Under the pieces are notes generated by a model, which made no database searches, was not told the DNA's origin, and saw nothing but the letters and a program-made list of their open reading frames with translations. Positions 16,996 through 24,295 of a stretch of 64,000 nucleotides of DNA are shown piece by piece. This DNA comes from a virus: IMG/VR virus record IMGVR_UViG_3300045988_160639; one strand, written 5' to 3'. The translations under genes were made by a program, and so were the position numbers. The first letter of the stretch is position 1. Each line of letters begins with the position of its first letter.

Positions 16996-17550
16996 ATGAC
17001 CGTTAAAGAATTTAGAGCATTGGCTCGGAAAAGTGGAAAAATAAGAAAGATACCGGTATCAATGATAAGAATGATAGAGAAGGTTCATTATAATAGCGAC
17101 CTCTCCCAGATACCTAGTCTTAACAAAGACAAAAATAAACTGTTGATAATATTACATGATAATAAGGACTGTACTTATAACCTTATCACGGGTTGGAAAG
17201 ACTATACTATTGCAATCAGAGATGGCATAAAGACTATAAATGCTGTTTTGGTAGATTCTGTCACCAGAGATAAATTTTATGCTGAATTGTCGGATAGTAC
17301 GGAATGGGTAACTCTTCCTGAAATAATAATTCCGTCCTCATTTAAGAAAAGTCCACCAAAAGAAGAAAAGTTACATAACACAATTATGAATATGAAAGAA
17401 GCATTGAGAACTAATACTATTTCAGAATATCTTGATACAAAGCCAATAACGATATCCAAAAATAACACACTTGTAGATGGATATACAAGATATTTGGCTC
17501 TCAAATTTATAAGATATCAGGGTAAATTTCCAGTAATAAGAAAGGATTGA
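16996..17550 (+). CDS. Protein with two ParB/Srx-like halves (IbrB-like)
   Basis: YNLITGWKDYTIAIRDG in the first half and TLVDGYTRYLALKFI in the second. Confidence 0.55.
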   Translation: MTVKEFRALARKSGKIRKIPVSMIRMIEKVHYNSDLSQIPSLNKDKNKLLIILHDNKDCTYNLITGWKDYTIAIRDGIKTINAVLVDSVTRDKFYAELSDSTEWVTLPEIIIPSSFKKSPPKEEKLHNTIMNMKEALRTNTISEYLDTKPITISKNNTLVDGYTRYLALKFIRYQGKFPVIRKD

Positions 17551-17552
17551 TA

Positions 17553-17807
17553 ATGGTGTTGCAGATAGGTAAATACAAGGTCAGCGATGACCTCAAGACA
17601 AAGCAGAAAGAAAATCCCATACTTGCAAAAGATGTTGCGACAGCTTTATATGCTCATATAACTGGAATGTGGGCTGAAAATGCAGCCGGACATTATGAGC
17701 AGGCGAAGAACGGTGAGAGAGTAACAGCTATATTTCCTACTGTCTGCGGAAATATCGTCATTGATACCCTTGCAGATCGTACACAAACAACAATTTCAAT
17801 GGAATAG
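17553..17807 (+). CDS. Hypothetical protein (ends in TAG)
   Basis: ORF follows a TGATAATG junction. Confidence 0.4.
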   Translation: MVLQIGKYKVSDDLKTKQKENPILAKDVATALYAHITGMWAENAAGHYEQAKNGERVTAIFPTVCGNIVIDTLADRTQTTISME

Positions 17808-17817
17808 GGATGTATGT

Positions 17818-18249
17818 ATGGAAATTGTAATAGGTATTATTATTGGTACTGTTTTAAACAGCATCATAAATGTTATAGTGCTGAAGAATGAGGAAGATTT
17901 ATTGTTTCAAATTTTTGCTTTTGTAATATTTTTTATTTACGATGCAATTCGTACAGTCATGTACAAAATTAAGAAAATCTTTACCTCTCCTTTGTATTGC
18001 TATTTGCGATATGATAGGATAAATAAGACTACTTATTATGTCCCATATTTAAAGATAAAAAGATTTGATAAAAAATATAGGGATAAATACACTGTTATTG
18101 AAAACGATAAAGTCTTGAATAGAAAACTTGAAGAATTTTGGGGTCACGCACTTACGGCGTATGATGTAGAAAGAATAAGGACTGCAAGGTTTAAAATAAA
18201 AGAGGTTGAACAATGCGGTATAAAAATTGCACCAGAATTATTAAAATAA
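17818..18249 (+). CDS. Membrane protein with two N-terminal TM helices
   Basis: MEIVIGIIIGTVLNSIINVIVL and LFQIFAFVIFFIY. Confidence 0.45.
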   Translation: MEIVIGIIIGTVLNSIINVIVLKNEEDLLFQIFAFVIFFIYDAIRTVMYKIKKIFTSPLYCYLRYDRINKTTYYVPYLKIKRFDKKYRDKYTVIENDKVLNRKLEEFWGHALTAYDVERIRTARFKIKEVEQCGIKIAPELLK

Positions 18250-18263
18250 TGGAGGAAAATCAA

Positions 18264-18644
18264 ATGAATATGTATGATGAAATACTCAACAAATACGCTC
18301 AGTTTCTCGGATATGATGGGAAGGTAAAAGCAGACGAAAAGTATCTGCTCAGTGAGAGAGATAAGCTCGAAAGACTTATTAGGCTTAATGATGAACTTGA
18401 CTCGATAGATAAACATAGCAAGGCAAAGAATTATGGCAGGACAATTTTGGCTTGTTATGAAAGTAACTTTGCATATAAATCCGAAGGTGAACCTGCTTGT
18501 CAAGAACCAGACCCTGAAATGATAATTTTTAAGATTTGTTATGCTAAAAAAGTTCCTTGTATTTGTTTTGAAATTGATGTCAGGGGCAATACATATAGAG
18601 AAATAACCTTTAAAGAAGTAACAGATATTCTGCATCTGAGGTAA
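18264..18644 (+). CDS. Hypothetical protein
   Basis: SD GGAGG 8 nt upstream of the ATG at 18264. Confidence 0.45.
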   Translation: MNMYDEILNKYAQFLGYDGKVKADEKYLLSERDKLERLIRLNDELDSIDKHSKAKNYGRTILACYESNFAYKSEGEPACQEPDPEMIIFKICYAKKVPCICFEIDVRGNTYREITFKEVTDILHLR

Positions 18645-18648
18645 TACT

Positions 18649-18825
18649 ATGGATATAAGGAAGTTTCTTACAATGCTAACGGATAATGGCTTCACATTTC
18701 TCCGAAACGGCAGCGGAAGTCATCAAATATGGATAAATGCCAATGGGAATGTTTTCTCGTTCCTATACGGCAAGTCCGTATATAAGGGAATTGTGTGGCA
18801 ATTCAGACGAAGATTTTGTAAATGA
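18649..18825 (+). CDS. HicA-like toxin (58 aa, below the track cutoff)
   Basis: RKFLTMLTDNGFTFLRNGSGSHQIW matches the YcfA/HicA N-terminal signature, including GSH. Confidence 0.5.
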   Translation: MDIRKFLTMLTDNGFTFLRNGSGSHQIWINANGNVFSFLYGKSVYKGIVWQFRRRFCK

Positions 18826-18844
18826 CACGAAAGGATTGATGAAA

Positions 18845-19264
18845 ATGAGTATAGAAGGTATAAAAAATCAGTTGTCCCAATGTTTTAAAAACGGAAAAAT
18901 CGAATTTCTCACATTTATAGATGGTAGTAAAGTCAAACGCATATACACAAATATAAAAGATATTGATACCGACACCAGCGAAGAAACTCATCTCAATATC
19001 ACACCTCACAAAGAGAAGGTGGAATTTGAATTGATGAAAGGTAATAATATAGTATATATTATAGAAGATACATATGATAATATCCTTGGAATAGCCTTTA
19101 CACAGTGGTTCAAGCCAATTTTAAGAAATATTGTCAAAGATAAATACGAACTGGAAGGGAAGATAAGATCCGATGAATTAACAGGAACAGATTATTGTCA
19201 GATCAGAGAAGACGGAATATTGCTTTTTAACAATCTCTCTGAAATAATAGAATTTGCAATTTAG
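18845..19264 (+). CDS. Hypothetical protein in the hicB position, with no recognisable HicB motifs
   Basis: ATG 20 nt after the HicA-like stop; ends in TAG. Confidence 0.45.
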   Translation: MSIEGIKNQLSQCFKNGKIEFLTFIDGSKVKRIYTNIKDIDTDTSEETHLNITPHKEKVEFELMKGNNIVYIIEDTYDNILGIAFTQWFKPILRNIVKDKYELEGKIRSDELTGTDYCQIREDGILLFNNLSEIIEFAI

Positions 19265-19369
19265 ACACAAAATATAGTATAAATAAAAATATGTAAATGA
19301 TAAAATATAGATAATAAAACGTAGAACAACGGATTTACTGCTAATCTGAATGAAAGGAGAAAATAAAAA

Positions 19370-19795
19370 ATGATTGCTAATAGCTCAACTGATTTTAGAC
19401 ATTATGATAATAAGTATCATTCAACTGTGATGGAATATCACCGTGGCGATATTGTCTGGGTCGATTTTGGAAATACGGTCGGCTCAGAACAAGGTGATAT
19501 CCGTCCAGCCGTAATAATACAAAATGAAGTAGGAAATAAACACTCACCATGCCTTATAGTGGCTATCATGACCAGTAAGGAGAAAAAGCCAATGGTAACG
19601 CACGTAAGTATAAATCCATCTGTAGAGACCGGATTAACAAAGCCTACTACTGTAATGACAGAACAGATAAGAACTATTGATAAGAGCCGAGTTCTGAGCT
19701 GGGCAGGAAAGCTTGGTGAAAGAATGATGACTTGTATTGATAGAGCCATCGCTGCAAGCTTTGGTCTGGAAAATAATTCTGCGTATTCTGTATAA
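19370..19795 (+). CDS. MazF/PemK-family endoribonuclease toxin with no adjacent antitoxin ORF
   Basis: GDIVWVDFGNTVGSEQGDIRPAVIIQN...TVMTEQIRTIDKSR. Confidence 0.8.
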   Translation: MIANSSTDFRHYDNKYHSTVMEYHRGDIVWVDFGNTVGSEQGDIRPAVIIQNEVGNKHSPCLIVAIMTSKEKKPMVTHVSINPSVETGLTKPTTVMTEQIRTIDKSRVLSWAGKLGERMMTCIDRAIAASFGLENNSAYSV

Positions 19796-19801
19796 TTTAT
19801 C

Positions 19802-19830
19802 TTGACAAATCAGAAAGAAGATGATAAAAT
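19802..19830 (+). promoter_or_regulatory. Promoter TTGACA-N17-TAAAAT with an extended -10
   Basis: Hexamers at 19802-19807 and 19825-19830. Confidence 0.6.
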
Positions 19831-19860
19831 TGATTTAGTGAATATAGAAAGGACGATTAT

Positions 19861-20832
19861 ATGGTACCATACTTTGAAGAATATTGTCAGCATATTATTG
19901 AAAAGAATCCCAGTTTTGGTAATTACGCACTGAGGATATCGTGTTTAAACAAAGTAGAGAAAAATATATTTGATATGTCAGCCGAGGAAATTGCTGATGC
20001 TGTAGAAGCTGATAAAAAGAAAATTACTACTTTAAATGCTTTATACGGCGTTTTGTGTGACTATTACAGATGGGTAAATAAGACTTATGATTTATCCATA
20101 AAGGATAGTTTTTACGAAATCAATAGACTTAAAAGTATAGTATCCGATATAAAAACCGAAAGCGGTAAAGATGAATACTTTACTACTTTTTCAGAATTGA
20201 AACAGGCTTTAACTCAGGCAGAAGAGGATTATCTTATTCTGCAAGAATCTGAATTATCCGAAAAAATGTATGAAAGTTTAGTTGTGCGACAAAAGAAATT
20301 CAATGTATTTAATGTATTTCTTTGGGAGCAACTTACAACAGATGATATGATTTCTATTACATTGTCTGATGCAAGGAATATAATCAGTACCAAACAGCTG
20401 ACCGTCAACGGAAAGTCTATTGAACTTTCAGATGAGGAAATTCAGTTTATTGATGACCTGTATTCGGAAATATTAGAATTGCAAGCACAGGATGAGCAAA
20501 ATAGCGTAAAAAGACAGTATAAAAGAAAAACAAAGAATTGGACATATGATAATTTATTTAATTCCGAAAAGAAATCAAGTTTCGTAAATTTAAAGTGGAA
20601 CGCAATGGGGGCATTTATACAGGATGTGCGACTGGAAGCTCCCAATGTTAAAAAAGCAGGTATGTTCAATAAAATGTATCAGTATGAAAGAAAAAATGAT
20701 TATGTCTTTTCTGGAGACATGAATAGTGCAGAAACATATGCTCGGACATTCAATACTTCAGTGACCAAAGCATATCGTATGGTGAGCGAATACAATAAGT
20801 TCAGACAGAGTATTGAGAATGCAGAAAATTAA
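19861..20832 (+). CDS. Hypothetical protein (323 aa)
   Basis: SD AAAGGA; no confident motif. Confidence 0.6.
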   Translation: MVPYFEEYCQHIIEKNPSFGNYALRISCLNKVEKNIFDMSAEEIADAVEADKKKITTLNALYGVLCDYYRWVNKTYDLSIKDSFYEINRLKSIVSDIKTESGKDEYFTTFSELKQALTQAEEDYLILQESELSEKMYESLVVRQKKFNVFNVFLWEQLTTDDMISITLSDARNIISTKQLTVNGKSIELSDEEIQFIDDLYSEILELQAQDEQNSVKRQYKRKTKNWTYDNLFNSEKKSSFVNLKWNAMGAFIQDVRLEAPNVKKAGMFNKMYQYERKNDYVFSGDMNSAETYARTFNTSVTKAYRMVSEYNKFRQSIENAEN

Positions 20833-20903
20833 GAGAAATATGGAAGTGAAAATCACTTCCAATACATAAAGCAAAGCAAATAATAAAATATTTGCAAAAG
20901 CAC

Positions 20904-20932
20904 TTGACAAGTGCAGGGTTATCGAGTATAAT
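20904..20932 (+). promoter_or_regulatory. Promoter TTGACA-N17-TATAAT upstream of the tRNA cluster
   Basis: Hexamers at 20904-20909 and 20927-20932. Confidence 0.6.
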
Positions 20933-20988
20933 ATATATGTAGTCAAATGATAAGCAAGTAATAAGATTTAGTATCAAAATAAATATAT

Positions 20989-21063
20989 TTGGGATTAGTA
21001 TAATGAGAAGTACATCAGCCTTTGACACTGATAGTTTCGGGGCAGAGCCGAAATCCCAAACCA
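20989..21063 (+). tRNA. tRNA-Gln(UUG)-like with a non-canonical T loop
   Basis: Hand-folded cloverleaf. Acceptor TTGGGAT/ATCCCAA, D stem GTAT/GTAC, anticodon stem TCAGC/ACTGA with one C-A mismatch, loop CTTTGAC, T stem TTCGG/CCGAA, encoded A-CCA. The T loop is GGCAGAG and the D loop has no GG. Confidence 0.55.
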
Positions 21064-21133
21064 AATGTTAGTTTTATTCTGGCATAGCCTCCCTACGGTT
21101 TCTCTGACTTCCGTATAAAAAAGTCAGGAATAA

Positions 21134-21207
21134 GCACCATTAGTTCAATAGTAGAACAAACGACTTTTAATCGTTAAACATCGGGGCAGAACCGATATGG
21201 TGTACCA
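21134..21207 (+). tRNA. tRNA-Lys(UUU)-like with a non-canonical T loop
   Basis: All four stems pair: GCACCAT/ATGGTGT, GTTC/GAAC, AACGA/TCGTT and ATCGG/CCGAT. Anticodon loop CTTTTAA and encoded A-CCA. The T loop is GGCAGAA and the D loop AATAGTA. Confidence 0.6.
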
Positions 21208-21457
21208 TTGGTGGTTGATTGATACTGTCAAGGTATCTTCAATCTAATACATATTTTGTCTGATGCTCTGCAAAGCTCAGACATACTTATAAAAGATATC
21301 GCAATATTTTTTATAAGTATTTCATTAAAATATGTGTTAAGTGTCTAAACAGCAATAACAAGTCGTATTCTGTTGGCACTAAAAATCGAATATGAGGTTT
21401 CATATTAACAAATAGCGACTTTGAACGGATGAAAAACCTGCTAAGTGGTTTAAATAT

Positions 21458-21534
21458 CTCCCAATAGTCCAATCGGCAGAGACACAGAACTTAAAATTCT
21501 GACAGTGTGGATTCGAGTTCCACTTGGGAGACCA
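21458..21534 (+). tRNA. Class I (short variable arm) tRNA with anticodon UAA, nominally Leu
   Basis: Acceptor CTCCCAA/TTGGGAG, D loop with GG, anticodon stem CAGAA/TTCTG, loop CTTAAAA, variable region ACAGT, T arm GTGGA-TTCGAGT-TCCAC, A73 and encoded CCA. Confidence 0.7.
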
Positions 21535-21692
21535 AATCTGAAATTGGAAAAAACAGCAACATTAGGGTTGTTTGTAGAACAAGAGTAGGCGAGTAGTTCA
21601 CGAAACGAATAGCAACTTTGTGGTTTTAGCGGATGAGGATAACTTTAGAATGAACCGCCCAAAAGCCTGTGAGGATAATCAGGCACTCATCT

Positions 21693-21777
21693 GCTCCTAT
21701 GGTGGAATTGCAAGACACGCTTGACTCAAAATCAAGTACCGAAAGGTGTGACGGTTGGAATCCGTCTGGGAGTACCA
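21693..21777 (+). tRNA. tRNA-Leu(CAA), class II
   Basis: Acceptor GCTCCTA/TGGGAGT, anticodon stem CTTGA/TCAAG, loop CTCAAAA, 13-nt variable arm TACCGAAAGGTGT, T arm GACGG-TTGGAAT-CCGTC, A-CCA. Confidence 0.7.
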
Positions 21778-21817
21778 AAACAGATAAGACAAACAAAATA
21801 GTTTTATTATAGTTATG

Positions 21818-22027
21818 TTATTTTTCATTGTAACTCTTATCAATAGTTATAGCACCTGCATCATATAATCCTCTTATAGCTGTTCCAACATTACTTTCGT
21901 CCATGCCAAGATTATCAGCTATTGTTTCATACGTTACATTTGTGTTATTCTGAAGATTTCTTATCAGACACAAGTAAACTAAGTATTCTGTTGAGGATAT
22001 TATTTTATTTATCGTCTTATCTGTTAT
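21818..22027 (-). CDS. Winged-helix/HTH-like small protein lacking a canonical start (possible ATA at 22027)
   Basis: Open frame 22063-21818 encodes ...YLVYLCLIRNLQNNTNVTYETIADNLGMDESNVGTAIRGLYDAGAITIDK. The first ATG, GTG or TTG would truncate the fold. Confidence 0.35.
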   Translation of the reverse strand: MTDKTINKIISSTEYLVYLCLIRNLQNNTNVTYETIADNLGMDESNVGTAIRGLYDAGAITIDKSYNEK

Positions 22028-22074
22028 TTTTGCGGAACGCCTGATGCTAAAGTTGAGATTACATCAAAACTTAT

Positions 22075-22380
22075 GTGGTTCATCACCACACTTCCGCTCC
22101 AACTAAACTTAAATTTTATTGTGTATCAAAGGAGATGTTAAAAACGGAAGTGAAAGTGAAATATAAATTCTATGTCAGTAGAATAGATAATTCTCCTATT
22201 CTTAAATTTTCTTTTACATATTATGGTCATTGGTTTTATAGAAATATGAATTTAAGATGGGATGAAGAATGGGAAGAATATTTATTTAAGAAGTTTAACA
22301 ATGACCAAGTAGGAATTGAAGAAAAGGATTTTTTAAAATCAATAAAATATAAAAATGGGATTATATGGCTTGTCAATTGA
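22075..22380 (+). CDS. Hypothetical protein (start uncertain, possibly 22133)
   Basis: The conserved AAGGAGATGTTAAA context lies inside the ORF. Confidence 0.4.
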   Translation: MVHHHTSAPTKLKFYCVSKEMLKTEVKVKYKFYVSRIDNSPILKFSFTYYGHWFYRNMNLRWDEEWEEYLFKKFNNDQVGIEEKDFLKSIKYKNGIIWLVN

Positions 22381-22570
22381 AGATATAATTTTTGTTTTTG
22401 ATAGACTAAACTTAGAAACAATAATAAGGGATTTGGTCATTGGCATAATTGAATCTTACAATGAAAAACATCAATCAAAAATAAAGCATAAAAAAGATAT
22501 ATTGCATCTGAAAAATTTAGCTACAAAAGATTATAAAATATTAAGTATTACCGAGGAGATGTTAAAATGA
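22355..22570 (+). CDS. Hypothetical protein
   Basis: Overlaps its neighbours in an operon-like arrangement. Confidence 0.4.
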   Translation: MGLYGLSIEDIIFVFDRLNLETIIRDLVIGIIESYNEKHQSKIKHKKDILHLKNLATKDYKILSITEEMLK

Positions 22571-22839
22571 ACGTTGTAGTTGTAATAGTTAAACACGAAA
22601 ATTGTGGAGCAAAGTATGTATTTCTTGTTCCTGAAGACAAAACGCTCAAAACTGGGGATTTAGTCAAGGTAAATACAAAGCGTGGCGAAACACTTGCAAC
22701 CTGTCTGTGTGATAGTTTTACAATAGATACAACAGATAAGGAAAAGATGAAGAGTATTTTCAATGCTTTTGGTGTAGATGAACCGACTGCTTATGTTTTT
22801 GGTAAATTTACATATGACGAATGGAAAAGAATAGAATAA
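22567..22839 (+). CDS. Hypothetical protein
   Basis: GAGGAGATGTTAAA-ATG context. Confidence 0.55.
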   Translation: MNVVVVIVKHENCGAKYVFLVPEDKTLKTGDLVKVNTKRGETLATCLCDSFTIDTTDKEKMKSIFNAFGVDEPTAYVFGKFTYDEWKRIE

Positions 22840-22869
22840 AATTCTGATTTTGTGAAAGGAAATATACAT

Positions 22870-22986
22870 ATGTTTTGGATAGGAATTGCAATAGGATTTA
22901 TAATCGGAATAATCACACTCACGGCAATATCTTGTGTAATAGCATCTGGTGAGGTAGAAAAGAATGAGAATAAGACAGATTATTGA
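22870..22986 (+). CDS. 38-aa single-TM peptide
   Basis: SD AAAGGA; MFWIGIAIGFIIGIITLTAISCVIA. Confidence 0.4.
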   Translation: MFWIGIAIGFIIGIITLTAISCVIASGEVEKNENKTDY

Positions 22987-23128
22987 TAGAATAACGTTTA
23001 TTCCTTGGTGTTGGTTTGAGGTTACTATATTGCATAATAACATCAACATAGATAGATGTTATAAATACGGTTATTGTTCTAAATTGCAGTATAAGTTATG
23101 TAAATTTATGATAAGAAGGTGATGAAAT

Positions 23129-23332
23129 ATGGGACAGCATAAACATAATCCAATAGCAATTAAAGTCAAAAATGGTGAAATTAAGCCTAAAGAAAAAGGT
23201 ATGAGTGAAGCTGAGTCTTGGAGAAGAGTACAAGATGCTTGTCGTTCATATTTTAAAGAAACTTTTCCAATATATACACCAGCTTATTATGATGCTTATG
23301 ATGATGAATTTTGGAAATTACTTGGAGGATAA
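23129..23332 (+). CDS. Hypothetical protein, paralogue of 44974-45144
   Basis: Shared N-terminus MGQHKHNPxAIKxKNGEIKxKEKG. Confidence 0.5.
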   Translation: MGQHKHNPIAIKVKNGEIKPKEKGMSEAESWRRVQDACRSYFKETFPIYTPAYYDAYDDEFWKLLGG

Positions 23333-23337
23333 AGATA

Positions 23338-23652
23338 ATGGAACTTAATTCTAATGGTGTAAACAAAGTTACTAAAGCACAAATCAAGAGTAAGATACAT
23401 AAAGTTTGCGTGAATAGATTTCCCGTGTATGACAGTGACGGAAGAGTTCAACTTTATAGACGACCAGACCTGTCTGAATGGGCAGCGAAAGCAGCTGCTG
23501 ATGGTGAAAGATACTTCTATATTGAGGCTATAAACCCCAATATCAATGGCGGTAAGCTTAGATTATGCTGTCCTAAATACGAGTACAGAGTTGATAGTCT
23601 CACGCAGGAAGAATATAATGCCCTGAAAGAATTATTAAATGGAGATGATTAA
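23338..23652 (+). CDS. Hypothetical protein
   Basis: SD GGAGGA precedes the ATG at 23338. Confidence 0.5.
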   Translation: MELNSNGVNKVTKAQIKSKIHKVCVNRFPVYDSDGRVQLYRRPDLSEWAAKAAADGERYFYIEAINPNINGGKLRLCCPKYEYRVDSLTQEEYNALKELLNGDD

Positions 23653-23654
23653 TT

Positions 23655-24164
23655 ATGACAACAGAAGAAAAAATCGCAGAACTTGAAACCAGCTGTAAGG
23701 CAATGACAGAGAAAATCGAAAGACTCAAAGCTGAACTTGTTGAGAAAAATGAAACAGTGTGGCTGCCTAAAAGCGGAGATGGTTATTCTTGTATCCAAGG
23801 TGATGGCAATATTTTGATTGGCCTTTATAGATCAATTAGTTCCTATGATTTGGGATTAATTAATATGAACGCTGCGTTTAAACCAGACACTGAAACTCAA
23901 AGACATCTTCGGTGGTATCGTGACAACGTTCTCCGTGTTCAGAATAAGCTGATGCAGCTTCACGAGTTGCTGTGTCCTGATTATTTTCCTGATTGGGAAG
24001 ATGATGAACGCAAATGTTATATTTATTATCATTATAAAAAGAATGAGTGGTGTTGCGATAATATACAAAGTATGAAAGAATTTATTGTTTATTTCAATGC
24101 GAAAGCAGCAAAAAAGGCTTGCGAAATTCTCAACAGAGAAAAGTTTATGATGGAAAGTATATAA
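23655..24164 (+). CDS. Hypothetical protein
   Basis: Tightly packed after the previous stop. Confidence 0.55.
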   Translation: MTTEEKIAELETSCKAMTEKIERLKAELVEKNETVWLPKSGDGYSCIQGDGNILIGLYRSISSYDLGLINMNAAFKPDTETQRHLRWYRDNVLRVQNKLMQLHELLCPDYFPDWEDDERKCYIYYHYKKNEWCCDNIQSMKEFIVYFNAKAAKKACEILNREKFMMESI

Positions 24165-24295
24165 TATAATAAAAGAAATGTTTTGTGGTGGATTTATATA
24201 AACGAAAAGCGACCACCATTGTAATAAACAGTGATCGCTACATAGCTGATTCCTCGGTATTAGACATTGGGATTCGTCCCTTCTCTATTAATTTG

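Noticed and set aside
21535-21692. A fifth tRNA between tRNA(UAA) and tRNA-Leu(CAA).
   Set aside because: I could not build an acceptor/T-arm combination ending in CCA; only generic hairpins are present.
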